64,000 nt of DNA, taken from contig NIVC01000446.1 of assembly GCA_002269645.1 (NCBI GenBank), positions 434,001 through 498,000 of the forward strand. Direction: 5' to 3'. Numbering within the stretch: position 1 is the stretch's first letter; each line of letters opens with the position of its first letter. This DNA comes from Macrostomum lignano. Lineage: Eukaryota. The notes beneath the pieces were generated by a model. That model saw only the letters and a program-made list of their open reading frames with translations. It ran no database searches and was not told the DNA's origin. This document shows, one piece after another, positions 24,165 through 36,725 of this stretch. Made by a program: the position numbers and the translations under genes.

Positions 24165-25612
24165 AGAGACAGGGGCGCCCACCAAGAAACAGAGGGCGCC
24201 CACCAAGAGACAGGGGCCCCCACCAAGAGCCAGGGGCGCCCACCAAGAGACAGGGGCGCCCACCAAGAAACAGAGGGCGCCCACCAAGAGACAGGGGCCC
24301 CCACCAAGAAACAGAGGGCGCCCACCAAGAGACAGGGGCGCCCACCAAGAAACAGAGGGCGCCCACCAAGAAACAGAGGGCGCCCACCAAGAAACAGAGG
24401 GCGCCCACCAAGAGACAGGGGCGCCCACCAAGAAACAGAGGGCGCCCACCAAGAGACAGGGGCCCCCACCAAGAGACAGGGGCGCCCACCAAGAAACAGA
24501 GGGCGTCCACCAAGAGACAGGGGCGCCCACCAAGAAACAGAGGGCGCCCACCAAGAAACAGAGGGCGCCCACCAAGAGACAGGGGCGCCCACCAAGAAAC
24601 AGAGGGCGCCCACCAAGAGACAGGGGCGCCCACCAAGAAACAGAGGGCGCCCACCAAGAGACAGGGGCGCCCACCAAGAAACAGAGGGCGCCCACCAAGA
24701 GACAGGGGCGCCCACCAAGAGACAGGGGCGCCCACCAAGAAACAGAGGGCGCCCACCAAGAGACAGGGGCGCCCACCAAGAGACAGGGGCGCCCACCAAG
24801 AAACAGAGGGCGCCCACCAAGACAAGGGCGCCCACTAAGAGATGGGGGCGCCCACCAAGAGACAGGGGCGCCCACCAAGAAACAGAGGGCGCCCACCAAG
24901 AAACAGAGGGCGCCCACCAAGAAACAGAGGGCGCCCACCAAGACAAGGGCGCCCACTAAGAGATGGGGGCGCCCACCAAGAGACAGGGGCGCCCACCAAG
25001 AAACAGAGGGCGCCCACCAAGACAAGGGCGCCCACCGTGAGACAGGGGCACCCACCAAGACAAGGGCGCCCACTAAGAGATGGGGGCGCCCACTAAGAGA
25101 TGGGGGCGCCCACCGTGAGACGGGCGCCCACCAAGACAAGGGCGCCCACAAAGAGATGGGGGCGCCCACCAAGAGACAGGGGCGCCCACCAAGAAACAGA
25201 GGGCGCCCACCAAGAAACAGAGGGCGCCCACCAAGACAAGGGCGCCCACTAAGAGATGGGGGCGCCCACCAAGAGACAGGGGCGCCCACCAAGAAACAGA
25301 GGGCGCCCACCAAGACAAGGGCGCCCACCGTGAGACAGGGGCACCCACCAAGACAAGGGCGCCCACTAAGAGATGGGGGCGCCCACTAAGAGATGGGGGC
25401 GCCCACCGTGAGACGGGCGCCCACCAAGACAAGGGCGCCCACAAAGAGATGGGGGCGCCCATCAAGAGACAGGGGCGCCCACTAAGATACGGGGGCGCCC
25501 ACCAAGAGACAGGGTCACTCACCGTGAGACGGGGGCGCCCACCAAGACAAGGGCGCCCACCAAGACAGGGACGCCCACCGTGAGACAGGGGCGCCCACCA
25601 AGAGACAGGGAT
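24165..25612 (-). repeat. 20-bp GGGCGCCC minisatellite, inverted relative to 9.7-10.6 kb
   Basis: GGGCGCCCACCAAGAGACAG is the reverse complement of the 10.3-10.6 kb unit. Confidence 0.95.
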
Positions 25613-25900
25613 GCCACCCAAAACACCAAATATTGGCTCCCCTTACGGTTGCGACCACCCTCGAGGTAAAATTACTGCTCACGTCACTGGGCCATACTGT
25701 TATCCCCGCAGAATATTTAAGTTATCTCAATAGTCTTTAATACCGTCTTCATTGTCTGACTTTTAAAAACTTGAAAATAACATTTGAATTTCGATTGTCT
25801 GCATTCTTGAAAATTCGTCAAGAACAGTGCTTCAGCAAACATTTTAAAAAACATAATTGCTAAAAAAAGTTAAATGAATAAACTGCTGTATTTTGTGCAG

Positions 25901-26332
25901 GATGTCGCCGTACTCAGCCGCGAGCTCAATTTAGTTCGCGAGCAGCTTCGCGAACGCGAAGACGAAGTTAGCGATCTGAAGGCTGAGCGAAACAATACTA
26001 GATTACTGCTGGAGCATCTCGAGTCACTGGTTGCTAGGCACGAGCGTTCGCTTCGTATGACAGTTGTCAAGCGGCAGGCAGCCTCACCAGCTGGCGTCAG
26101 CTCCGAAGTGGAAGTGCTCAAAGCTTTAAAGAGTCTATTTGAGCATCACAAAGCTTTGGATGAGAAAATCAAAGAGAAGCTGCGACAAGCTCTTGACAGG
26201 TCTGGTCAGCTGGAGGAGGAGCTGAGCTCAGCCAATCAGGAGCTGTTCAGCCTGCGGGAGCAGGTTGCCAGGCTGACTAGAGCATCAGAGAGCGCAGGTG
26301 CTGCTGGTGCTGGTGCTTCATCAGATGCAGTT
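25901..26332 (+). CDS. PPFIA: Liprin-alpha exon 2 (coiled coil, LH1 region)
   Basis: TGCAG acceptor; [34 protein letters not shown] and [23 protein letters not shown]; GTAAGT donor; phase 0-0. Confidence 0.96.
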
Positions 26333-26359
26333 GTAAGTATGACTGCTTTGATCATTGGT

Positions 26360-27560
26360 TGTCAGACAGTCAGGGAAGCATAGTGAGTGTGTCAGACAGT
26401 CAGGGAAGCATAGTGAGGTTGTCAGACAGTCAGGGAAGCATAGTGAGGGTGTCAGACACAGTGAGTGTCAACCTCACTAGACAGTCAGGGAAGCATAGTG
26501 AGGTTGTCAGACAGTCAGGGAAGCATAGGGTGTCAGACAGTCAGGGAAGCATAGAGGGTGTCAGACACAGTGAGAGTGTCAGACAGCCAGGGAAGCATAG
26601 TGAGGGTGTCAGACACAGTGAGTGTCAGACAGCCAGGGAAGCATAGTGAGGGTGTCAGATAGTGAGTGTCAGACAGCCAGGGAAGCATAGTGAGGATGTC
26701 AGACACAGTGAGAGTGTCAGACAGCCAGGAAAGCATAGTGAGGGTGTCAGACACAGTGAGAGTGTCAGACAGTCGGGGAAGCATAGTGAGGGTGTCAGAC
26801 ACAGTGAGAGTGTCACACAGTCAGGGAAGCATAGTGAAGGTGTCAGACACAGTGAGAGTGTCAGACAGTCAGGGAAGCATAGTGAAGGTGTCAGACACAG
26901 TGAGAGTGTCACACAGTCAGGGAAGCATAGTGAAGGTGTCAGACACAGTGAGAGTGTCAGACAGTCAGGGAAGCATAGTGAGAGTGTCAGACAGTCAGGG
27001 AAGTATAGTGAGAGTGTCAGACACAGTGAGAGTGTCAGACAGTCAGGGAAGTATAGTGAGGGTGTCAGACACAGTGAGAGTGTCACACAGTCAGGGAAGT
27101 ATAGTCAGGGTGTCAGACACAGTGAGTTTCACACAGTCAGGGAAGTATAGTCAGGGTGTCAGACACAGTGAGTGTCAGACAGTCAGGGAAGCATAGTGAG
27201 GGTGTCAGACACAGTGAGTGTCAGACAGTCAGGGAAGCATAGTGAAGGTGTCAGACACAGTGAGAGTGTCACACAGTCAGGGAAGTATAGTCAGGGTGTC
27301 AGACACAGTGAGAGTGTCAGACAGTCAGGGAAGTATAGTGAGGGTGTCAGACACAGTGAGAGTGTCAGACAGTCAGGGAAGCATAGTGAGGGTGTCAGAC
27401 ACAGTAAGAGTGTCAGACAGTCAGGGAAGCATAGTGAGGGTGTCAGACACAGTGAGAGTGTCACACAGTCAGGGAAGCATAGTGAGGGTGTCAGACACAG
27501 TGAGTGTCACACAGTCAGGGAAGCATAGTGAGGGTGTCAGACACAGTGAGAGTGTCAGAG
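26360..27560 (+). repeat. ~48-bp composite minisatellite filling liprin intron 2
   Basis: GTCAGACAGTCAGGGAAGCATAGTGAGGGTGTCAGACACAGTGAGAGT units. Confidence 0.93.
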
Positions 27561-27617
27561 ACACTGCCAGTCAGCTAGCAATCAAACAACCGTCAGTCGC
27601 GCCACCCACTGTTGCAG

Positions 27618-27839
27618 CCGGCTGTGTCCAACGGCAACGCCGAGGCGGACCTAGACGCCGCTAAAATAGTGGACTATCAGGACCGGCTTGACAAGAGCAG
27701 TGCCGAGCTGCTTCTGAGCAGGCGTCAAAACTCCGAACTGTCTGGTCGCGTGCGCGAACTCGAAGAGGCTCTGCACCGCGCCCAGGCTGAGAGCAGTCGG
27801 AGCGGCGAAGTTATTGAACGATTGCAGCGGGATCTCAAG
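27618..27839 (+). CDS. PPFIA: Liprin-alpha exon 3 (coiled coil)
   Basis: TTGCAG acceptor; PAVSNG...IERLQRDLK; AAG|GTTTGC donor; 222 nt, phase 0-0. Confidence 0.85.
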
Positions 27840-27904
27840 GTTTGCGCTGAGTTTAATGTACTTTTTATAATGTGCATTAAATAATTCGTTACTGCCAGAG
27901 TTTT

Positions 27905-28603
27905 TGCGTTTCAGAATCTGCCAAAGAGTTTCAGTGTTGCAGAATGTGCCAATTAAAAGTTGCAGTGTTTCAGAATCTGCCGAAGAGTTTCAGTGTTGCA
28001 GAATCTGCCAATTAAGAGTTTCAGTGTTGCAGAAACTGCCAAAGAGTTTCAGTGTTGCAGAATCTGCCAATTGAGAGTTTCAGTGTTGCAGAATCTGTCA
28101 ATTAAGAGTTTCAGTGTTGCAGAATCTGTCAATTAAGAGTTTCAGTGTTGCAGAATCTGCCAATTAAGAGTTTCAGTGTTGCAGAATCTGTCAATTAAGA
28201 GTTTCAGTGTTGCAGAATCTGTCAATTAAGAGTTTCAGTGTTGCAGAATCTGCCAATTAAGAGTTTCAGTGTTGCAGAATCTGCCAATTAAGAGTTTCAG
28301 TGTTGCAGAATCTGCCAATTACGAGTTTCAGTGTTGCAGAATCTGTCAATTAAGAGTTTCAGTGTTGCAGAATCTGCCAATTACGAGTTTCAGTGTTGCA
28401 GAATCTGCCAATTAAGAGTTTCAGTGTTGCAGAATCTGCCAATTAAGAGTTTCAGTGTTGCAGAATCTGCCAATTACGAGTTTCAGTGTTGCAGAATCTG
28501 TCAATTAAGAGTTTCAGTGTTGCAGAATCTGCCAATTACGAGTTTCAGTGTTGCAGAATCTGCCAATTAAGAGTTTCAGTGTTGCAGAATCTGCCAATTA
28601 AGA
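27905..28603 (+). repeat. 31-bp minisatellite in liprin intron 3
   Basis: AAGAGTTTCAGTGTTGCAGAATCTGCCAATT units. Confidence 0.94.
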
Positions 28604-28705
28604 GCGTATAAATCAGTACTACAGAAATCCTTATAAAAAGTTGTCATCTCAGATTGCCGCAGCTGTAGTAATAATAAAAACATAACTGGAACCATCCAAC
28701 CCCAG

Positions 28706-29485
28706 GAGGCGGAGGCGCAGCGCGAGGATCAAGAAGAGCGCATCGCCACTTTAGAGCAGCGCTACCTCAGCGCCCAGCGCGAGACAACTTCGGCGCACGA
28801 GCGCAACGACAGGCTAGAAGAGCAGCTAGCAATGCAGGCGAACAGTTTGCGCTTAGCCGAGGAGAAATTGCGCCAACTGACAGCGTCAGACAGTCAGAAT
28901 CAGCAGCAGCAGCAGCAAGGCTCCGGATCAGCTGACGCTAGCGATAAAGCTTTAGCCGGATCAGAAACCGGACAGGCCGATCCAGCCGAACTGCTGGCCG
29001 AACTAGAAGAGATACGCAATGAACTTTCCCGTTCTCAGCAGAGAGAGAAACTGCATGAGGAGCATAACAGTAGACTGTCTGCCACGGTTGACAAGCTGCT
29101 GATGGAGAGCAACGAGAGGCTGCAGTTGCACTTGCACGAGAAAATGTCCGCATTGGAGGAGAGAAACCAGCTTAGCGCCGAGTTGGATCGCATCAGGCGA
29201 GCACTGGAGGACTCGCAGTTTGAACGGGACGATCTAACACTGGAGTTGGAGCGGTTGCGGCAGCAGCAACAACAGCAGCTGTTGCAGGAGGGCCAGGCCT
29301 GTCTGCGACCTGCCCGCGGTCGTTCCAGCGGCGTCGACGGAAACGGGGGCGGCTGCGGCACGCCTGGCAGCGGCGGCGCTTCCGCTGGGCGCGGCGAAAT
29401 GTCGATTGAAGCAAAAGTGCGCACTCTTGGCGAGGGTGATTTTGAGCGACTGGCTCAGCAGCACGTGCTGCAGAATGTGCAACAG
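28706..29485 (+). CDS. PPFIA: Liprin-alpha exon 4 (coiled coil)
   Basis: CCCAG acceptor; EAEAQREDQEERIATLEQRYLSAQRETTS and RLSATVDKLLMESNERLQLHLHEKMSALEERN; CAG|GTAGGC donor; phase 0-0. Confidence 0.93.
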
Positions 29486-29514
29486 GTAGGCTTTGTCTTG
29501 TCTGGTTTAGGGTT

Positions 29515-29955
29515 GTACAATATCCAATAATAACATCCCCCTGTCACTGTACAATATCCAATAATAACAACCCCCTGTCACTGTACAATATCCAATAATA
29601 ACAACCCCCTGTCACTGTACAATATCCAATAATAACAACCCCCTGTCACTGTACAATATCCAATAATAACAACCCCCTGTCACTGTACAATATCCAATAA
29701 TAAAACCCTGTCACTGTACAATATCCAATAACAAAACCTTGTCACTGTACAATATCCAATAATAACAACCCCCTGTCACTGTGCAATATCCAACAACACC
29801 CTGCCACTGTGCAATATCCAACAACAACACCCTGCCACTGTGCAATATCCAACAACAACACCCTGCCACTGACTGTGCAATATCCAACAACAACACCCTG
29901 CCACTGACTGTGCAATATCCAACAACAACAACAACAACAACAGCAACAACAACAT
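29515..29955 (+). repeat. 34-bp minisatellite decaying into (CAA)n in liprin intron 4
   Basis: GTACAATATCCAATAATAACAACCCCCTGTCACT units. Confidence 0.92.
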
Positions 29956-29961
29956 CTGCAG

Positions 29962-30348
29962 GCATTTGACATCTCTGCCGCAGGCCCCTCCGACGCGCCA
30001 GATTATCCGTCGGCATTCTCGGACTCGGCCGATCCTCAGCAGACAGCTGACGCGCACTCGTTAGCCGCAATGATCCAGGAGCAACTAGACGCTATTAACA
30101 ATGAGATCCGACTTATTCAGGAAGAGAAAGAATCAACTGAGCAGCGTGCCGAAGAGCTCGAGTCCCGTGTTGGTAGCGCCTCTCATCTGGCTGCTTCTAG
30201 CGCTGGCTGGGCCGGGCCCAGTCCGCCTATGAGCGGCCGAAGCACGCCCGCCACAGCGGCAGTCGCTGGCCGCTACATGGTTAGTAGCGGAGTCAGCAGC
30301 AGCATTGGGGTTGGCGCCTCTCCGGCCTATGCCACCGTGTCTAGCGGG
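29962..30348 (+). CDS. PPFIA: Liprin-alpha exon 5 (LH2/SAH region)
   Basis: CTGCAG acceptor; [43 protein letters not shown] and [10 protein letters not shown]; GTGAGT donor; phase 0-0. Confidence 0.93.
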
Positions 30349-31016
30349 GTGAGTTCGAGTCATGCAGAATTTATTGTCCACTTTCATTTGTTTTTTCTCT
30401 ACGCGTAGTTTTAATAATTATTTAGCTTGTTCATTGTTTCAAAATATAATTCTTGATATTTTTAACTGCTTTGCATTGCACTGTTTTATTCTATTTTTCA
30501 CTGCCAGCGGCCCAGGCTCGATTCCTTACAATAAATACAGTTAGGGCTGCTGTACACTCCTGTGTGAGTATGTGCCTGTGCGTATGACTGCTTAATGGGC
30601 AGTAATGCCTCTCCGGTTGTGCACTTGTGTGACAATGTCTCTTGAAGTGCGCCAGGGTGCACGCAGCCCCCAGCCTGTTATACGAGCGTAAAAAGTGCCA
30701 TAGAAGTGTAACTTAGCAGCTAATTTCAATAACAATTCATAGCTTTTTTATTGTCGCTAGTCAGTGCTTTTAGATAATATTTTGTCTATGGTAAAACTAT
30801 CACAACTTTGATTTCACTCTATAGCCTTTGGTTCTAGCGTCACTTCCGGATAATGTCCTTGAGTTCTGGATAATGTCCACAATTAATTTAGAAAAACAGT
30901 ACAACAATGCACAGTAACAAAAAGATGACAAGAAAACACTAGCAAAATACAGTCCAATTTCAAGAGGCCGTAAGTCTCTTGAAATATTTTGGCTTGTGTC
31001 AGTTACACATGAATTC

Positions 31017-31400
31017 TCACAGACTGCATTGGTTGAACATGTAGTTTTGTATGACGATGTTCTTGCCATTTGGATGAGCGTTTGCGAAGTTGACCGCCTC
31101 CTGGACGGTTGAGCTCTGGATGTTGACTGGGCAGACGCTTGTGTTGACTGCTGGGCTATCTGTTGTACTGGTTGATGGGCACACGCTCGGAATAACAGGG
31201 CCATCTGAATCCGGTGTAGTGTTTTTCTCCATGTCCAGTACCTTGCTTTCGGCGTCGCTGCACTTCTTTAGCACCTTGTCACGTCTGATTGAGAGATATC
31301 TGCGAACGGTCTTTTCGCACTTCTGGCCGGTTATCGCCATGATGTCGACCATGGAATGTCCAGCTGCTTCTAAGTCGCACATCCTGCTAAGCCCAGTTAA
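31017..31400 (-). pseudogene. Tyrosine-recombinase (Crypton-like) C-terminal remnant
   Basis: LEAAGHSMVDIMAITGQKCEKTVRRY resembles the YR box LxxxG...IxxxTGH...VxxY (His replaced by Gln); ends ...YMFNQCSL. No upstream domain recognised. Confidence 0.5.
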
Positions 31401-31420
31401 TCAGATGCACTTGGTCTGCC

Positions 31421-32091
31421 CAAGGACGACTTAAGTAGAGGGACGGGAAACCTCGTTTCTCAGAAAATTTTAGAAGGCCGGTTTTCCCGAAAAAATACAC
31501 TACGGAGATAGGAAGTTTTAAGTTTTTCAGCACAAAAAATGCTATTGCTTTTGATAGGAGGCAGATCCAGTGTTCATCTTTTGATATGCTGTGCCTTTCT
31601 TATTGCTCTATCGATATTCATAAAGCTTTTCGTTCAGAAAATTAGGATTCTATGTTCATTTTGTATTCTACGTATATTTGCACGTGTCTTGTGCCTAAAA
31701 ACCATTGAAATGACACACCTCTGCTCTTTGGTTTTATGAGTCTATTTTGTCATTCTCAGCTAACTGTGTAACAAATATTTGCAACAGAGATGATAAAATA
31801 GATTCATAAAACCAAAGATTCTAGTTGTGTCATGCATATTTATGGATTTTAGGTACAGGAAATGTACGTAGAATAAAAAATTAACATAGAATCGTACTTT
31901 TCTGAACGAAAAGCTTTATGAATATCGATAGAGCAATAAGAAAGGCACAACACATCAAAAGATGAACACTGGATCTGCCTCCTATCGAAAGCAATAGCAT
32001 TTTTTGTGCTGAAAAACTTAAAACTTCCTATCTCCGTAGTGTATTTTTATAAGAAACAAGGTTTCCCGTCCTTCTGCTTGAGTCGTCCTTG
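31421..32091. mobile_element. Foldback MITE of P-like family
   Basis: Near-complete palindrome (~320-bp arms) starting CAAGGACGACT; perfect 8-bp TSD GGTCTGCC at 31413-31420 and 32092-32099. Confidence 0.9.
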
Positions 32092-32296
32092 GGTCTGCCA
32101 TGATGCTTTTCTAGCTAGTAGGATTATTTGAGAATCTTCATTTTCTCCATCCCCTTTCCCCCCTCTGTGCCTTTCTTCTTCGAAAACTTCGAAGTATTAC
32201 TAAATGCTAGCGTTTTTCTATTTTGTTTAAGAGATTCACTATTTCTTAATATAATATTCCCCTCTCTCTCGCTCAATTCACCGCCGCCGATGCCAG

Positions 32297-32383
32297 AGTC
32301 TGTACTGCTCTCGGCACAATCACAGCTTCTCTGCTTCAACGCCACACCTGGCCAATACGCCAGTGTCGGTGTACCACGGACAG
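32297..32383 (+). CDS. Candidate cassette exon of liprin-alpha (29 aa)
   Basis: Pyrimidine-rich tract then GCCAG; open in phase 0 (SLYCSRHNHSFSASTPHLANTPVSVYHGQ); CAG|GTATAG donor; 87 nt symmetric. No homology recognised. Confidence 0.35.
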
Positions 32384-33203
32384 GTATAGTGTAGATTGCT
32401 TCCTATTGTAGAATGTATAATGCATAGCGCAGTTTGTGTCCATAGTTTCTAAACCATAAAAACCTCACTTTATATGCTTGTTATTGATGTTGTAATAACT
32501 TTTATTATGCGCGCGCATGCCCTCTGCAAATCTGTGCGATTAGCATCTAGAAATAATGGATTAACGGATTAAGTAATAGTTAAAATATTCAGTGGTCAAT
32601 AAACAGGATGATCTACTAAAGTTAAAATTTGGCTTAATCAGGGTTTTCGTCCGATTCACAACCATGACAGCCAACCCCTAACTCGCAGGGAGTGTACATG
32701 ACTGACGATTAGATAGTCAAAAAGTGCCCGATTAATACATGTTGTAAACTTCCGTGTTTGTTTAGCAAGTTCAATTTAAACTAATAAAAACCAAAATAAT
32801 ATTTACGTAATCGGTCTATATTGCTTGGCTTGCTAATTAATTAATTAGGTAATTGTTAACCTGGCCTATTAACCTCTATTCTAACCAATACATGCATTAT
32901 TCCTATTGCATCTCCTTTAGACACTATTCAATCAATTAATTATGTTGTACTACTTGGTGAGTAGTAACCCATTGAATTGAATTGTTGCTTTGTTTAGTCA
33001 TGCTTAAGCTTATTTGTCAGGGTTTATTTAGGGAAATCGGTTCTACATTTCATTGAAAATTTTGTCATTTTCTACCTTTTTGGACAGTTTTGCCTTCTAT
33101 AGGTTCTGGGCGCCGGTTTTATATACTACTTACTACTTTTAGTAGACAGTAAGTACTAAAAGCAACAAAATCGATATAGCGCGCCGTCTATTATACCTTT
33201 TAG

Positions 33204-33376
33204 ATTCGCTCGGCCTCCACTCTGCCGCACGCATCTGCCCAGTTGCCAATGACAACAGCCAGTAGTCAGAGCCCCCAGCAACAGCAGCAGACTCGAAGCG
33301 ACAATTCTCCGCCAGGTACACCGCGCTCGTTGCGACTCGAACGGGTGGCCCAGGCTCTGGCCAAGGCGCACGATGG
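33204..33376 (+). CDS. PPFIA: Liprin-alpha exon 6
   Basis: TTTTAG acceptor; SDNSPPGTPRSLRLERVAQALAKAHD matches the liprin-alpha SPPxxPRxxRL motif; GTAAGT donor; phase 0-2. Not in the ORF track. Confidence 0.9.
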
Positions 33377-33835
33377 GTAAGTGCCGAGTCCTGGCTGACT
33401 ATTTGGGGGTGACGTAGGCAATTTGCTAGGAAAATTAAATGAGAATCCTAAAGTGAAACCTATTTGTCAATTTTATCACACTCTGCCTTGCAGTACTCAA
33501 ATATGTAAAAGAATTTTTCCAGCATACATCGCACCATATCGGGTATTATCAAAGATACCAGAATAACTGGATATGTCACTCGCAAAAACTGCGCTCATCC
33601 ACTCCTTTTTAGTAGCAAAATTAGCCTTTTTGTGCCTTTTGAAATATTAAGATTGAAATTTATTAACTTTTTCAAGATATTTACAGGTTTTAAGAGCTGC
33701 AGACATCGCCTCTGGCTGTCTACAAGCACTCCTATTATATCAGCATATTCATCCTGTTTTTTCAAACTCCAGACTGCCTCAGACTCTGAATTATCCAATT
33801 AAGTAAACCAATAAAGGGCGCCCCAGCCCCCCAGA

Positions 33836-34415
33836 CAGGCCGACAAACTGTTGGGCTTTCCTATTGCTCGCTTTTGCCTGACTTTGACCTCTCTCTCTCT
33901 CTCTCTCTCCTTACTGCTCTCTCATTGGCTGAGCTAAATTGGGCCTGCCCCCCTAGTCTGAGTTTCGTCCGTCTGACTTTGACCTCTCTCCTTACTGCTC
34001 TCTCATTGGCTGAGCTAGATTGGGCCTGCCCCCCCCCTAGTCTGAGTTTCGTCCGTCTGACTTTGACCTCTCTCCTTACTGCTCTCTCATTGGCTGAGCT
34101 AGATTGGGCCTGCCCCCCTGCCCCCCTAGTCTGAGTTTCGTCCGTCTGACTTTGACCTCTTTCCTCACTGCTCTCTCATTGGCTGAGCTAGATTGGGCCT
34201 GTCCCCTAGGCTGAGTTTTGTCCGTCTTGCGTTCACTTGTGTACATCAAGTTAAATGCTGGCTGTTCATTCTTTACCTCATATGCTCCTGAGGTGGCAAA
34301 CCCCGAGGAAGGAAAGGAAATTTTTTCTGCCACATAAAATTTAAGTAACACTGCGCAGACAAGCTACTAAATAAAGAGTAGACGCTCTAAGTTTCACATC
34401 TAACTATATGGGATG
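33836..34415 (+). mobile_element. Dispersed repeat, copy 1 (four internal 84-94-bp units)
   Basis: Shares 5' AGGCCGAyAAACwGTTGGGCTTTCC and 3' GGCAAACCC...AAATTTAAGTAACACTGCGCAGACAAGCTACTAAATAAAGAGTAG with 54533-54900. Confidence 0.75.
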
Positions 34416-36049
34416 TATCCAGCTATTCTGTTATCTCTGCTTTGCCATAACAAGCTAGAGGGAATATGAAAGTACATTAAAGAGATAGAAATAGTAAAAA
34501 TTGTAGATTATTTATTCCTGCCAATGCACTTTGTAGCGGAATAAGGCCTTAAAATAAATGAATTAATCGAACGCTTTTTTATAATGGTGACTTCTACTGG
34601 TTCTGACAGACTTTTGTCTTGAAAACTCAGATTTATTTTAACTTTAATTAACTTTTGTTTTTTGTTTAATTGATAAGAAATTTATTGCACCTTAATATCT
34701 AAATATTCCTAAATTATGTTGGATTGTGGTTGTGCTATATATTTTTATATGCCCTCCTGAGCACAATATTGAACTTGAAATTACATTATTATCAATTCAG
34801 TAATGCGCCTTTATATGCACTATACTAACGGGTGCTGGGTGTTGTGAAACAGTTTTGGTACAGCAATTTTAATGTTTACATGCTTGACATTTCGTTCGCA
34901 GTGGTGAACAATTGAGTTGGATTATACAATACGTCTACAGTACTGTGTCATCATGCGACAGGTTGGGCCAGAGACAACACCAAGCTTTCTGACTGAGAGC
35001 CAAGCCCGTAAACCGTAAACCCGGGGTTAGGACCATAGACAACTGCTGTAGCATTAGCAGCAGCAGCCAGTCTGTGGCCTAAACCCCCAGCCGAAGTGAT
35101 GCATCTCTGTACAGAAATCTGCGTGTTGTCTATGGCCCAACCTGTCTCCGTTCTCTAGGCTTCCAGCTCTCAGCAGTGTCCGAACTTAAAATTGAAAATT
35201 CGTGTGCAGAGAATAATAAGAGGGAAAATCGTGTCCTAAATAATAAATATTTGCAGTTTCACCGGTCAGTCCTACGAAGAACCGACTCCAGTGGTTGCCC
35301 AAGCCACTCGGGCGCCCATTGCACGCCAGCACTCGCTTAATATCAAGCAGAGAATAAGGTTCGAGAGGTCCCCGCCCCAACAGTTTTTTTTGTACACGAT
35401 ATTTTTCCCGTGTGTCACATTTGATTCTAATATAGTACTAGGATTTTTTTAATTATCAATATCGCTCCCTGAATCTTCTAATCCTAATTTTTAGGGCAGC
35501 TACTGTTAGTAGTCTGTATTCTTTCTTTCTGTATATTAGTGTCAGTGACCTTATTGCAACTATCCTGCTTGTATGTACTTATAAATTTACTAATTCAATT
35601 TTAGCTTCCATGGCCGCTATTAAAGGGGCCCTATTAGAAAATCTATATTGTATTATTAGTTTATCAATAATCTATTGAAACATTCACATCAGTGAATGTA
35701 AACAATAGGCTCCACATCGATTCTTGATTAGATCCTACATATAGATTTTTTGGCTGATAATTACATGATACTTTTATTTGGGTCTATCTGAGTTAAAAGC
35801 ATGCAAATTTACTAACTTGTTATGCATATAAATAACCACGCTTCTTTTCGAATAGTTCAAAGTGTACTTTTGATTACATTGATTTGGTAATCGTTTAGAT
35901 ACGGAATTACCTCAGCTGAGATTTCTTAGCTAAATATCTTAAATTGATTCTTTTTGTTTGATTACGTGCTTGTTAAATTTTTGCATGATTTATGACTGAC
36001 AGTTTTTTAATACTTTCAGCTTATACATTTTTAAACTGTAACGCAATAA

Positions 36050-36515
36050 CCATCAGATCTCAGCCACAGTTGTAGAGTAGAGATCTCAGCCACAGATATT
36101 TTGAGAGTAAAGATCTCAGGCACAGATATTTCTAGAGTAGAGATCTCAGGCACAGATAGTTGTAGAGTAGAGATCTCAGGCACAGATATTTTGAGAGTAG
36201 AGATCTCAGGCACAGATAGTTGTAGGGTAGAGATCTCAGGCACAGAAATTTTGCGAGTAGAGATCTCAGCCACACATAGTTTGAGAGTAGAGATCTCAGC
36301 CACACATAGTTTGAGAGTAGAGATCTCAGCCACACATAGTTTGAGAGTAGAGATCTCAGCCACACATAGTTTGAGAGTAGAGATCTCAGCCACACATAGT
36401 TTGAGAGTAGAGATCTCAGCCACACATAGTTTGAGAGTAGAGATCTCAGCCACACATAGTTTGAGAGTAGAGATCTCAGCCACACATAGTTTGAGAGTAG
36501 AGATCTCAGCCATAG
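36050..36515 (+). repeat. 30-bp minisatellite (GAGTAGAGATCTCAGCCACACATAGTTTGA)
   Basis: About 15 tandem units. Confidence 0.93.
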
Positions 36516-36725
36516 TTGTAGAGAGGGTGTCAATAAATGCTAGTGGGTAAGCGGCTGCTACTTGTCTATGGCAGAAACTCTCAATTCGAGCTTCTAGCAG
36601 TACTGTCTCCTCATTTATCCCTGCTTGCCCCGAAATTAAGGCAAGTTCAGTGTAAGAGGATATGCTGAGCAGCCTGTGTTGCTAGAATTACAATAATTAT
36701 ATTTTCACAGTCTGTCATCCCGCAG

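Noticed and set aside
30508-30563. Possible liprin micro-exon (YNKYS-like peptide)
   Set aside because: The first acceptor gives an in-frame stop from a phase-0 junction; the alternative in-frame reading has no recognisable homology.
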